Shown here one piece after another: positions 55,321 to 64,000 of a stretch of 64,000 bases of DNA. The notes under the pieces were generated by a model. It made no database searches. It was not told the DNA's origin and saw only the letters and a program-made list of their open reading frames with translations. The stretch is taken from NCBI RefSeq assembly GCF_001194135.2, contig NC_068990.1, forward strand, positions 30,432,164-30,496,163, in the 5' to 3' direction. The position numbers were made by a program, and so were the translations under genes. Numbering within the stretch: the first letter of the stretch is position 1; every line of letters begins with the position of its first letter. Source of the stretch: Octopus bimaculoides (Eukaryota).

Positions 55321-58300
55321 TTGCACTTACAAATGCACACATACATGTATGTGTTGATAGTAATGATCCAAATAAACATTGTATTTTTCACCATTTCTGT
55401 CTGTCTGTGTCCATTCCAGTTTAAAGCTTACAAAGAATTTGAAAGAAACAAATCCAATATTGCTGTATTAACAGATGAAGATAAATTTATGTTGCAAGTA
55501 AGTGCATCATCTTTACACTTCAAAAACTGATGTTGGAGGTTGTTGGCTTTGAATGAATGTCACAACATCCCCCCCATAAACAGTATTGGTTTCATCATCA
55601 TCCTCTCCACCTATAATTGCCACAGTTTTCTAAGTGATTGCCTCCAGGCATTGGTCTGGCTGGGTCACATCACTGCCAGCGTGTTGTTTGTTTGTTGTAT
55701 CGGGGACAATATTAAGAATGTCTTCAAGTTGATGATGATGATGTTGATTGGTTTAAAAGGAATATTTTTAGTGATTTATGTCACAACAAAATGTATGTTT
55801 TTACTAATTTATTTCTCTCTCTGCATTTCTTTGAAAGCTTTGCAAAGTCGAGCGTCTATCCCAGAAGTTACAGATCATGAGTTTTGTGGGTAACTACCAC
55901 GATAACATTCACCATTTGCAGCCCGTAAGTTGATTTGCTTTAGTTTCACTTGTTTTCAGACCCTTTCACTGGAATCATGGCTTCTTCTTCTGCAAGAGTT
56001 GTTAATTTGTACTGATTACAAATAATTAACGATGAACTTTTGTTTGTAGCAATGTTTTAATTGAATCGTTTACGTAAAACGGAGTAACTTCAATCAGTAA
56101 ATGCAGTTACTTTGTATGTCCACTGTTGGTGGGACAACCAAAGTCATTAACATTATTTGCACTCTTGGAATAAGTCAATTCAAACATGATTTACATCAAT
56201 TTAGCATTCAGATTATTTTGTCAAATGGAATGCTTAATGGAATTAATCGTGTGTTATTTTATAGCTTTGAGATTTTGATGAAGCAACAGTTATATTGTAG
56301 GGTTGGTGTAAGAGGCCAGATCTGGCCAATTTGAACATAAAACACAATATTTTGGCCAGATATGGCTGGTTTAAATGCTAAATTAAAGTTATTTTATTTT
56401 TCTTTATTCTCGTTAACAAAACTCATAAAACCTTATTTATTTCTGTCCTCACTTCCAACTTTATTCTACTTTTATGATATTTCTCTTTCTGTCATTTCCC
56501 AACTCGTCAAGTTTTAGTCATAACAGATTTTTTTTGCAAGAAAATCTTGCAAATTTGATTCCTTTTTTTTGTTCCAAATCCTAATCATTTATAAAAGTTT
56601 TTAGTTATTTTTGTTTGTTTTTCTCATCAAATTTTTGTTTTGCTCTCTTTCAGCAACTAAATGCATTGATTGCTGCTTCTATGTCCATAAGAAACTCTCA
56701 GAAGGTCAAGAAGATGCTGGAGGTAAGCCTCCACCCAAATTCTCTCTCTCTCTCTCTCTCTTAGTTTGCATTCTTTATTTTTCTGAAGACTCCCACTTGA
56801 CTCTCCATTATTCTTCATACAAAAATATTTCACAAAGGACATAAAAACATTTATTTTCTGTCCACAGATTATTTTAGCATTTGGTAACTACATGAATAGC
56901 GCGCGGAGAGGTCCAGCATACGGATTTAAATTGCAAAGTCTTGACATGGTAAGTTGTAACATTTTTATCATTATTCATTGGTGTGTGAAGTATGTTCTGT
57001 AGATGAAGAGAAGTCATTAGGATATGGTCCTAGCCATTGTCAAGTGTTTTTCCATCTTGAGAGGTCTTTAATGATTGTGAGATGCTACAATTGAGGTGAA
57101 CCTGAGGGCAGGAAGTAAATGATGGAGGGGTGTGGGGGTACAATGAGGTTTTCTTTGTATCAATATTAGTTTTTGAGTTCTGTTGCTGCTGAAGGAGATA
57201 GAATTGGAGTGTCCCCACTGGCGGATACTTTTCTGGTCCATGTTCATGGGGTCAGCATGGATTTGTTATGAGTTGTCTATACTGTTAGTGTATGATGTGA
57301 GTGTGTGTGTGTGTGTGTGTGTCTGTCTGTGTGTGTGTGTAGGGGGGGGGGNNNNNNNNNNNGTGTGTGTGTGTGTAGGGGGGGGGGTAGATTAGGGAAG
57401 AAAGAAGGGTAGTGTTTAAGGGTGGGTGCTGTTTGATGTAGCAGCAAGCAAGTGATTGGGGAGGACAAAACCAAACCTTCATTTGGGGCATGTTGAAGAT
57501 TTTATAATGAGAGACTCTTTTGAGTTCCATCAACAGACGCAGTGTGGGTGTCATCTGATAGGAAACTACCAATCCAAAAGACCAGAGGAGCAACATTATA
57601 GAATTTGGAAGGCATATCTTTATTTTATGTACTTTTCAAAAACAAGTTCCTTAGAGAAGCTTTTAGAAGACAGTTACCTTTGCTTGTAACTGAAGAAATT
57701 TTAAATATTTTGATGGAGATTTTCTAATGTTTAATTGTTTGTTTTATTTTCCAGTTGTTAGACACAAAGTCCAGTGATAAGAAAATCAACCTCATGCATT
57801 TCTTAGTTCATACAGTTCAAGAGAAATTCCTTGACATTATAAACTTTGAAGCTGAGTTGAGATTCATTGAAAAGGCTGCTCTTGGTAAGTCTATAAGTTT
57901 TCTCTCATTTACACTTCTGTAAAGATTCCCAGCCTTTTTCCTACATTTACTCTAACCATAGTGTAACAGGAAGTTCTTGACAAACTAAACTGCCATGTCT
58001 GCTCCAGTTTCTGTACACTCGTGTTTCTTGAAGAAGATCACTCACTCACTTCAAGTACTTGTAAATAAATACCATGGGGAGGTATACTATGACTTCTAGT
58101 TCTTCATATAAATCAGTGAAATCTATTTTGATTTGTCTCAAATCTTCTTTAAGGAATTAGTCTATAGTCCAGTCTGTCTTGATTCTACAAAGTGTTCCGG
58201 AATATATTAGAATGTCATAACAACTCTTGGATTTACTGGGAGTTGAAAATTACTCTTTCTATTTTGTAACTTCAGCAAATATTTTAATTTTATATTTTTA

Positions 58301-59950
58301 GTGTCATTAGAAAACATCATGACAGATGTTCATGAGCTTGAGAAAGGTATGGAAATATCTAAGAAAGAATACCAGACCCGGAAGGAGCGAGATGCTCCAA
58401 TTGTATTGAGAGATTTCTTGGGAAGTTCTGAAGAAAAGTTAAAAAAACTTATAACTGATGTCAAAACAGCAAAGGTTTGGATGAGGTTTCTTTTAATCAC
58501 GTCTCATTTGAGATTCCTTCTACAAATGTCTTTCATATTCTTCATTAACTGTGTTACTATTATCATTATTAAGGAGGTGAGCTGGCAGAATTGTTAGCAT
58601 GCCAGACAAAAGGCTTAGTGGCATTTCGTCTGTCTTCAAATTCTGAGTCCAAATTCTGCTTATGTCAATTACTGCCTTCCATCTTTACAGAGTTGATAAA
58701 ATAAGTACCAGTTGAGCACTGGGGTTGATCTAATCGACTTCTCTCTGCCCAACAAATTTCAGGATTTAATCCTATAATTGAAAGAATTATTTTAATATAA
58801 CCAGCATCTGTAGATGTATCTCCTGATGTTTATGTGTGGTGGTGCTTGTCACACTGTTGCTTCATTTGTTTTATGACTCACCAGGACCACTTTTCATGGC
58901 CTCAGTGTTCATTCTGTCTTCATAGATTCACATGGAGACATGGAGCATTTTGTTAACCAGTCAGTTCCATCCTCTATTAACCCTTATGAATTAAAGGTTG
59001 AGTCTGAGAGAATCCTTTTTTTCTTATATTTTGTTGCTTAGAGTTGAGACTTTTAAGAGCTAAGCATTTTTGTTAGATTTTGAACATTTCCATAAATAAT
59101 TTGGTTGAAAGTTTTTCTAACAGACTGTTTTTGAAATGGCCAAATTCTTCTTGTGGTGAGTGGAAATTACATTTGAATTTAAGCTGATTAGATAATTAGA
59201 AGTCATTCATTAAAATCTAAAACAAATCAGTGGAACGTTTCTGTGAAAAAAGGTTTTACCTAAATCGTATGTAATTATTTTTCAAATTGACTCTGAGAAA
59301 GTTGGCCAAGAACTGCTTTCTTTCTCATTCTAAGTATCTTTTCTGTCCAACCATATTCAACTATGACACCCACCAGTTAAATATTTATGCTGAACTCCTG
59401 TAGTTGTAGGCACTGAACTACTTGCTCAGAGGAACTTGTGAACACAGAAACAAATTAAAAAATAAAGTCTTGATATTTCAAAGAAATCCTTATCTCCACT
59501 TTCATATCCCTCTCAGATCATAGAAGAGGTAATAAGCTGTCCTGGATATGTTACTGGTCCTTCAAAGTTCCAAGTTTACTTAAAAATCCATCTTTCATTT
59601 TTGCAGGATTAATAAAATGTCAGTAATATTGATTTGGTATAAAGTTTAGAATAAAATCCATCCCCACCTCTTTTAGGAATACAAGTTAAGAGATTATATA
59701 TTAAGAAATGGAACACAAGTTTTGGTAAACGCATTGAGAGAAGAAATGGATATTTTGCTTTGACTCTGTAATTAGCTGACATGTTAATTATTTTGAGTTA
59801 CAAATTTCACCTATATTCTTTTTTGTTTTTGACTTTTTTAATGTTTTCTATTTTCAGGCTGCCTATCATCAGGTTGTGGAATACTTTGGTGAAAACCCCA
59901 GGGTGGTTTCACCAACAACATTTTTTTCCCAGTTTGTGAATGCATGTAGG
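12061..59950 (+). CDS. FMNL: Formin-like protein (FMNL/Frl family), multi-exon, 5' and 3' incomplete in window; 23 exons identified
   Basis: Spliced translation gives [24 protein letters not shown] (GBD), [54 protein letters not shown] (FH3), LPLLNW (FH2 lasso) and [21 protein letters not shown] (FH2 post). All introns GT-AG with compatible phases. Confidence 0.95.
13065..13470 (+). mobile_element. SINE with family-A-like head, internal (TG)n and RTE-type 3' tail
   Basis: ggttcagtc...gtgtcttctactat...gaactgaaagaagcc head; tail ggaagggcatccagctgtagaaa...ggaaaagtgaacattaaaacaatgatg resembles the RTE 3' end at 35310-35445. Confidence 0.7.
14325..14672 (+). mobile_element. tRNA-headed SINE family A (other copies 28185-28560 +, 46330-46705 +, 62080-62225 +, 5225-5462 + partial, 23880-24147 -, 47000-47345 -)
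   Basis: Shared ggtgtggctgtgtggtaagaag...ggttcagtcccactgcgtggcaccttgggcaagtgtcttctactatagc head and ggaaactgaaagaagcc core; boundaries approximate. Confidence 0.85.
16031..16101 (+). repeat. Compound trinucleotide microsatellite (GGT)n(GGC)n(ATC)n
   Basis: Direct reading. Confidence 0.95.
16915..17250 (-). mobile_element. Tc1/mariner-superfamily transposase C-terminal fragment (pseudogene)
   Basis: [21 protein letters not shown]...[10 protein letters not shown] matches the SPDLxPxDFxLWGxLK signature; CAGGGCGATTC terminus-like sequence near 16917. Confidence 0.85.
25395..25478 (+). CDS. FMNL: FMNL exon, GBD: [27 protein letters not shown]
   Basis: tttcag| acceptor, |GTTTGT donor, 84 nt, phase 2->2. 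Confidence 0.93.
27073..27271 (+). CDS. FMNL: FMNL exon, GBD: REQLLNREK...[21 protein letters not shown]
   Basis: gtttcag| acceptor, |GTAACC donor, 199 nt, phase 2->0. Confidence 0.93.
28812..28888 (+). CDS. FMNL: FMNL exon: [25 protein letters not shown](R)
   Basis: ttttcag| acceptor, |GTGAGT donor, 77 nt, phase 0->2. Confidence 0.94.
29460..29553 (+). CDS. FMNL: FMNL exon, FH3: [31 protein letters not shown]
   Basis: tttacag| acceptor, |GTAAGA donor, 94 nt, phase 2->0. Confidence 0.95.
30385..30462 (+). CDS. FMNL: FMNL exon, FH3: [26 protein letters not shown]
   Basis: ttttag| acceptor, |GTAAGT donor, 78 nt, phase 0->0. Confidence 0.95.
30530..30840 (+). mobile_element. tRNA-headed SINE family D (other copies 1865-2205 +, 25770-26085 -, 48990-49300 -)
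   Basis: B-box-like gagttcgtttccc, then ttgtgtccttgagcaagacac and aatctccctgagaactac...tgtctgtggagtactcagccacttgc shared by four copies. Confidence 0.85.
31813..31923 (+). CDS. FMNL: FMNL exon, FH3: [37 protein letters not shown]
   Basis: cttttag| acceptor, |GTAACA donor, 111 nt, phase 0->0. Confidence 0.95.
32803..32952 (+). CDS. FMNL: FMNL exon: [50 protein letters not shown]
   Basis: tttgcag| acceptor, |GTAAGT donor, 150 nt, phase 0->0. Confidence 0.95.
33060..33285. mobile_element. piggyBac-like MITE family 2 (also 25133-25320 and a 5' stub at 11047-11104)
   Basis: Shared (t)taacccct/ttt..ctgaaatac..aattttgaaaataat..ggaagg/agttt..gatca body; ends ggttggtgttgaaagggtcaa; related end ggttggtatcaaacgggttaa at 16438-16456. 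Confidence 0.6.
34201..34249 (+). CDS. FMNL: FMNL short exon, coiled coil: [16 protein letters not shown]
   Basis: ttttttag| acceptor, |GTGAGA donor, 49 nt, phase 0->1. Confidence 0.88.
34725..35445 (+). mobile_element. RTE-clade LINE, 5'-truncated: RT C-terminal region, 3' UTR and (GAT)n tail
   Basis: Degenerate [25 protein letters not shown]...[10 protein letters not shown]...[20 protein letters not shown]...LWKYAV, continuing into the tail shared with many short repeats and ending aaacgatgatgat. Confidence 0.88.
35600..35652 (+). CDS. FMNL: FMNL short exon, coiled coil: (V)[17 protein letters not shown]
   Basis: ttttccag| acceptor, |GTGAGT donor, 53 nt, phase 1->0. Confidence 0.88.
36858..36996 (+). 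CDS. FMNL: FMNL exon, coiled coil: [15 protein letters not shown]...LELIKQNLE
   Basis: atttcag| acceptor, |GTTTGT donor, 139 nt, phase 0->1. Confidence 0.85.
42452..42542. repeat. Alternating purine-pyrimidine tract (CG)n/(CA)n
   Basis: gtgcgcgcgcgcacgcgcgcgc(ac)n gtgcgcgcacac...; other long dinucleotide arrays at 8512-8570, 13169-13230, 14165-14240, 21897-21985, 40093-40150, 40547-40596, 55248-55318. Confidence 0.95.
44840..45053. mobile_element. hAT-like MITE with 8-bp TSD
   Basis: GTTTAGAT at 44832-44839 and 45054-45061; CAGTGGGTCTCA left end, imperfect TTGAGAATCCCCAGTG right end. Confidence 0.55.
46330..46705 (+). mobile_element. SINE family A copy
   Basis: Aligns by eye along its length to 14325-14672 and 28185-28560. 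Confidence 0.85.
47000..47345 (-). mobile_element. SINE family A copy (inverted relative to 46330-46705)
   Basis: Reverse complement of family A head and body (gtggccatgctggggcactgcc, tttcagtttccgtctac). Confidence 0.82.
47369..47850. mobile_element. Tc1/mariner-type MITE with 29-bp TIRs and TA TSD
   Basis: TA|CAGTGTGGCCCAAAAGTAGGTTTACAGTT ... AACTGTAAACCTACTTTTGGGCCATTCTG|TA (27/29 match). Confidence 0.85.
47546..47720. mobile_element. Inner inverted-repeat element (37-bp IRs) nested in the Tc1-type MITE
   Basis: GTTGTGTCTGGGGAGAGTCATTCTCTTTTAGTACCTT vs reverse complement of AAGGCACCAAAAGAGAATGACTCTGCCCAGACACAAC (3 mismatches). Confidence 0.75.
49480..49525 (-). ncRNA. Minimal type-I hammerhead ribozyme motif (second copy), degenerate
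   Basis: GACAC-CUGAUGA-A-GGCUGG-AGGGUAUA-UCAGCU-GAAA-CAUU-GUGUU; 6-bp stem II, stem I GACAC/GUGUU. Confidence 0.65.
49758..49803 (+). ncRNA. Minimal type-I hammerhead ribozyme motif (Penelope-like-element type), degenerate
   Basis: GACAC-CUGAUGA-A-GACUGG-AGGGUAUA-UCAGCC-GAAA-UGUU-GUGUU: stem I GACAC/GUGUU, stem II with one mismatch, loop-less stem III. Confidence 0.65.
50253..50501 (+). CDS. FMNL: FMNL FH1 (polyproline) exon, mostly hidden in N-gap: (D)[18 protein letters not shown]...
   Basis: Strong polypyrimidine acceptor (ctccctttgtag|); frame enters CCA CCA CCA just before gap 50310-50500; G|GTTAGT donor directly after the gap gives the phase 1 needed by the next exon. Confidence 0.75.
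50310..50500. other. Assembly gap inside FH1 exon (other gaps: 6110-6180, 7995-8511, 23165-23841, 38472-38591, 57352-57362, 62971-63363)
   Basis: Runs of N. Confidence 1.
50802..50992. mobile_element. piggyBac-like MITE family 1 (also 26458-26634, 37338-37469, partial 56195-56385 and 24320-24510)
   Basis: TTAA|CCCTTTAGCATT...AATGCTAAAGGA|TTAA termini; shared internal sequence between copies. Confidence 0.75.
51297..51421 (+). CDS. FMNL: FMNL exon, FH2 start: (A)[41 protein letters not shown]
   Basis: gtttag| acceptor, |GTAAGT donor, 125 nt, phase 1->0; LNW lasso motif. Confidence 0.95.
51505..51790 (-). mobile_element. RTE 3'-tail fragment (family C; also 7380-7560 -, 12320-12570 -, 16085-16290 -, 19380-19570 -, 20410-20510 +, 31440-31610 +, 32200-32480 +, 45800-45990 +, 52100-52156 +, 63364-63436 -)
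   Basis: Reverse complement of the 35240-35445 tail: (cat)n cgtttaac...catgggttggacagtttga...gctggatgcccttcctaatgccaacc. Confidence 0.82.
52284..52437 (+). CDS. FMNL: FMNL exon, FH2: [15 protein letters not shown]...[12 protein letters not shown]
   Basis: ttcctag| acceptor, |GTAAGT donor, 154 nt, phase 0->1. Confidence 0.95.
52789..52928. repeat. Near-perfect palindrome of about 140 bp
   Basis: 52801-52856 is the reverse complement of 52861-52916 with one mismatch; 4-nt spacer GCTG; imperfect pairing continues about 12 nt outward. Confidence 0.95.
53087..53144 (+). CDS. FMNL: FMNL exon, FH2: (A)[18 protein letters not shown](M)
   Basis: ttttttag| acceptor, |GTAAGG donor, 58 nt, phase 1->2. 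Confidence 0.93.
53986..54055 (+). CDS. FMNL: FMNL exon, FH2: [23 protein letters not shown]
   Basis: tttgcag| acceptor, |GTAAGT donor, 70 nt, phase 2->0. Confidence 0.94.
55420..55497 (+). CDS. FMNL: FMNL exon, FH2: [26 protein letters not shown]
   Basis: attccag| acceptor, |GTAAGT donor, 78 nt, phase 0->0. Confidence 0.94.
55838..55924 (+). CDS. FMNL: FMNL exon, FH2: [29 protein letters not shown]
   Basis: ctttgaaag| acceptor (AAG), |GTAAGT donor, 87 nt, phase 0->0. Confidence 0.93.
56654..56722 (+). CDS. FMNL: FMNL exon, FH2: [23 protein letters not shown]
   Basis: ctttcag| acceptor, |GTAAGC donor, 69 nt, phase 0->0. Confidence 0.94.
56868..56948 (+). CDS. FMNL: FMNL exon, FH2 post: [27 protein letters not shown]
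   Basis: tccacag| acceptor, |GTAAGT donor, 81 nt; GNYMN signature. Confidence 0.97.
57755..57884 (+). CDS. FMNL: FMNL exon, FH2: [18 protein letters not shown]...[10 protein letters not shown]
   Basis: ttttccag| acceptor, |GTAAGT donor, 130 nt, phase 0->1. Confidence 0.95.
58302..58474 (+). CDS. FMNL: FMNL exon, FH2: (V)[23 protein letters not shown]...LITDVKTAK
   Basis: ttttttag| acceptor, |GTTTGG donor, 173 nt, phase 1->0. Confidence 0.92.
58575..58790 (+). mobile_element. SINE-like family B (other copies e.g. 17590-17815 -, 22570-22790 -, 49372-49424/49850-50010 +, 61210-61430 +, 61440-61620 +, 5965-6230 +)
   Basis: Shared gagctggcagaattgttagc...ttctgagttcaaattc...aagtaccagttgagcactggggt..gat motif string. 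Confidence 0.8.
59858..59950 (+). CDS. FMNL: FMNL exon, FH2 C-terminus: [31 protein letters not shown]
   Basis: ttttcag| acceptor; YFGE.P motif; 3' end less certain (weak |GTACAT donor, else read-through to TAA ending 59965). Confidence 0.82.
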
Positions 59951-60411
59951 GTACATGATCCTTAACATCTATTTTGCATCGACTAAGGATATTTAAAACC
60001 GTCATAACTGATTGAAGAAGTAATTGGAATCAATATATTTTGTCATTGATCTAGTTATTGATGTAGATGATGTTATTGGTGTAAAGTGACGTTTAGCTAA
60101 AATTCAATTTGGAAAGCTATGTTAGTTATCTCCCTTAGCTTTTTATAACAAAGGACTCAACGCAGTTACTTCCCTTAATAACTTTTCTAATTACTTGATT
60201 GTACCTTATCACTGATATGCAATCTTATTTGCCTGTGGCTCCACCCTTAAATTATATAAATCTTGATCCAATACATGACAGATATATAATTTCTTTCTTT
60301 TGGAATTTGAAACCGATTGATTTTCGTTTTATCAGGTTTCAAAACTACATAAGTTAGTATTATAAACTGTTGGTAGTAATTTATTAAAAGGGTTTTTGTG
60401 TTGTGGATAAT

Positions 60412-60442
<31 letters not shown>

Positions 60443-60672
60443 CCTCCCCCCTCTCTCTCCCTCTCTCTTATTCCTCTTCGAGCCTGACTGTTTAATTTTT
60501 GTAGAATATTATTTATTCAATATTTCATTCAGTAAATATTAAACATGGCAGTGCAACTTCTCCGCATTAATTTAACAACTGTTTTTGGTGCCACATAAAA
60601 AGAATTCATGTCAGTGTCATGGAAGAAACACTGGTGCCACATTCATTTTTATATTTTTATATTCTATTTTTC

Positions 60673-60880
60673 TTACCCTTCTACACAATGAGGTAGGAGG
60701 CTGCTTGCTGCATGGAGTTCTTTGTTGGAAATGTGAAGATAACATCCGATGTTCTTGATGGTTCTCAGGGTTTTGCTATTGAAGCCATCAATCCTCTTTC
60801 CCAGGGTCTTTGAGAGAGTTTCTGCTCCATAGAGGCGAATGGAGAGGGATGATGCATTGTAGGTGCAGAGCTTCATCTTC
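60673..60880 (-). mobile_element. RTE-like LINE RT C-terminal fragment
   Basis: KLCTYNASSLSIRLYGAET..RIDGFNSKTLRTI..I...HISNKEL resembles the RTE YxAxVxSxLLYGxETW..R....ISNxEL region. Confidence 0.7.
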
Positions 60881-62903
60881 CAGGAGATAGAGCATTAAAA
60901 AGCTCCACTATTTTAAAAAATCAATTTGACCGCTTGAGAATTCTGGTCTAAATCCATCTAAGAATATATTTTTGAGAATTAATGTTGCCATCCTTCCAAC
61001 CCATGACAGTGGTGCAACCTGTTTGACCATTGATTGTAGTCTGTCTATATCGAACTCTCCAGATCTTTATTCATTGATTGCCAAGAAATTGATCAATTCT
61101 TCATTGCCAAGACAAGATTATTCTGAGCCAAAAAGCCAGAGATTTGTTGTTTATTTGATTAATAAATTCATTTTTTTTTTTCTTAATATTAGCAGAAATT
61201 GAAGATGGTAAAAGCTGGCAGAACCATTAGCAAGTCGGGCAGAATGCTTTGTTGCATTTCTTCTCCGTTGATGTTCTGAGTTCAAATTCTGCTGAAGCCC
61301 ACTTTCCTTGTCATCATTTTGGGGGTCAATAAAACAAGTACCAGATGACCATTGGTGGGGAGGATGTAATCAACTTACCCCCTCCCCCCAAGAATGCTGG
61401 CCTTGTACCAAAATTTGAAACCCTTATTAGTAAAAGTTCCAGGTAATGAGATGCAAGAATTAGACAAAATATTTGACTGCATATCTTCTGGCTCTTGATG
61501 TTCTGAGGTCAAATATTGCCAAGGGCAAGTTTGGCTTTCATGCTTTCGAGGTTGATAAACTGTTGTACCAGTCAAATACTGGGGGTGATGTAACTGACTA
61601 ATCCCCTCTCCTTCTACCCACTGTTCCAATAATTTAAAACAATAATAGTTGAAGTTATCCTGCTGAAGTCAACTTTACAGTTTATCCTTCCAGGATTGAT
61701 AAAATGCATAAAATACCGGTAATTAACTGGATGTGGCTGATATTGATTCTGACGAAACTACAATATAGATAAATAAAGGATATTCTTTTGTTTGTTTCAG
61801 TCATCAGGCGGTGGCCATGCTGGGGCATTGCCCTATGTTATTAAAAACTACAAACCTCTACCAATTATGTTATGTCACCCTCCCCCCTGTTGTAGCTCAC
61901 AAAAACATCGGCAGCTCATACACATGAGCTAGGAAGATAATTCTCTATTTCTTAGCTTGCCTCTTGGCTAAGTATCTTTTAGTGCTGGGCTGGCCAAAGC
62001 CTTGTGAGTTGATTTGCTAGACAGAAACTGAAAGAAGCCTGTTCTAGGTACTTATGTACATATACACTCATATATAGGTGCAGGCGTGGTAGGAAATTTG
62101 CCTCCCAACCACATGGTTCCAGGTTCAGTCTTACTGTGTGGCACCTTGGGCAAGTGCCTTCTACTATAGCCACAGGCTGACCAAATCCTGTGAGTGGATT
62201 TGGTAGATGGAAACTGAAAGAAGCCCTATGCGCGCGCGCACAAATGAAAAGATGCTGAAGACTATTCTGAAATACAAGAACAGATGTTTTATTCCATTAA
62301 AAATATTAAATTGACCACATCAGATCAAAACAAAACAAGAAATTCGAAACAACAACAACATACAACGAAAACAACAACAGTTATTACAAGAAATTCCATG
62401 CCATGATAATGTTTGATGTTGTTTATATTTAACGAAGAAATTGTCGTGAGAAAATTTATGAAACATTTCAGATAACAAACACGGCAAGCAAAGAGTGATG
62501 TGTATGTCTATTTATAACGTGTGTGTGTGTGTGCGCGCTTGAGAAAGAGAGAGAGAGATAGGGTGAGTTATGTTTGCATGAAACATTGAAAAAAATCCAT
62601 TTCGTGTGGATTCATCAAGCAACAATTCCTGTTTGTTGAAAAATTAAAGAGTTACCTCCCTTGGACTGCAAAAATTATTGTCAAAACCCAATATTGTTGA
62701 AATCTAAGACCTTGGACGTTTGATAAGCGTAAGACACGAAACCGGTACTCCCAGTTTATTATATAATGTTGTAACACAACTCTTTGTTTTATTATATTCT
62801 TAATATTAGCATAAATTTTATTATACAAACCTCCTGTGCGTGTTTACATATTTTTTTTTCTTAGATATCTACAACCACTTGTAAACATCTGACACCTTTA
62901 TGT

Positions 62904-62970
<67 letters not shown>

Positions 62971-63460
62971 NNNNNNNNNNNNNNNNNNNNNNNNNNNNNN
63001 NNNNNNNNNNNNNNNNNNNNNNNNNNNNNNNNNNNNNNNNNNNNNNNNNNNNNNNNNNNNNNNNNNNNNNNNNNNNNNNNNNNNNNNNNNNNNNNNNNNN
63101 NNNNNNNNNNNNNNNNNNNNNNNNNNNNNNNNNNNNNNNNNNNNNNNNNNNNNNNNNNNNNNNNNNNNNNNNNNNNNNNNNNNNNNNNNNNNNNNNNNNN
63201 NNNNNNNNNNNNNNNNNNNNNNNNNNNNNNNNNNNNNNNNNNNNNNNNNNNNNNNNNNNNNNNNNNNNNNNNNNNNNNNNNNNNNNNNNNNNNNNNNNNN
63301 NNNNNNNNNNNNNNNNNNNNNNNNNNNNNNNNNNNNNNNNNNNNNNNNNNNNNNNNNNNNNNNTACGAACCGCTTTTCATGCTGGCATGGGTCAGACGGT
63401 TTGACCGAAACGGGTAAGCTGGAGAGCTGCACCAGTCTTATGTATACATATGGCTATATA

Positions 63461-64000
63461 TTGGGTTGGCAAATAAGTTCCCACCATCTTTTTGAATTTA
63501 CTGCGTTTTTTAAGTTTGGAATCCATTTTTTTCGAGAATTCTATTTTTGAATCATTTTGGAATTTATTTTGTTTTGTTTTTTCTACTTAGTTTTAGTTAG
63601 TTTTTGTTTATTTTTAGATTATTAAAATGGAATGCCAAGGAAAACGAGCATTTTCGACACCTTGCTTTTAATCAAAGTTCCAAGACCGCAAAAGCTGCTC
63701 GCAACATTTGTGCTGTGTATGGAGAGGGTGCCATAGCTGAAAGAACCGCTGGTGATTGGTATGCCAAGTTCAAAAATGGAAATTTTGACTTCAAAGACGC
63801 ACCTCGTTCTGGCCGTCCAGTTGAGTTCGATGAAGAGCAATTAAACCAACTTTTGCACGAAAATTCTCGTCAAACGACAAGAGAACTGGCAGAGAAAATG
63901 GAATGCTCCCACACTGCTATAGAGAAGCATCTTCACTCGATAGGAAAGGTTCAGAAGTATGGAGCATGGGTTCCGCATGCTTTAAGTGACAACAACAAAA
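63461..64000 (+). mobile_element. Mariner transposon, 5' TIR and N-terminal transposase (HTH), truncated by window end
   Basis: TA|TTGGGTTGGCAAATAAG terminus; ATG 63627, one frameshift, then open frame ...AARNICAVYGEGAIAERT..DWYAKFKNGNF..KDAPRSGRP...GAWVPHAL (GRP and WVPHEL-type motifs). Confidence 0.93.

Noticed and set aside
59966-63460. Next FMNL exon (end of FH2, DAD)
   Set aside because: No acceptor followed by an E/K-rich helix found; probably beyond the window or in gap 62971-63363.
1-64000. CRISPR array, rRNA or prokaryotic system
   Set aside because: No regularly spaced repeats or operon-like ORFs; spliceosomal introns throughout.

Overview
AT-rich eukaryotic genomic DNA with seven assembly gaps. 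The dense SINE/RTE/MITE and microsatellite landscape looks like a coleoid cephalopod (Octopus-like); this is an inference. The window holds most of one large + strand gene encoding a formin-like protein of the FMNL/Frl family. I could splice 23 exons (12061-59950), all GT-AG and phase-compatible, covering GBD/FH3, a coiled coil, FH1 (mostly inside an N-gap) and nearly all of FH2. The 5' exons and the terminal (DAD) exons were not found. Introns contain tRNA-headed SINEs, RTE LINE fragments, an R4/Dong-like endonuclease fragment, piggyBac-, Tc1- and hAT-like MITEs and two Tc1/mariner transposase remnants. The most unusual object is a 425-bp fold-back insertion (49425-49849) with a 12-bp target-site duplication. 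Each arm has a tRNA-like B-box head and a minimal type-I hammerhead-ribozyme motif of the Penelope-like-element kind, and it lies about 400 bp upstream of the FH1 exon.
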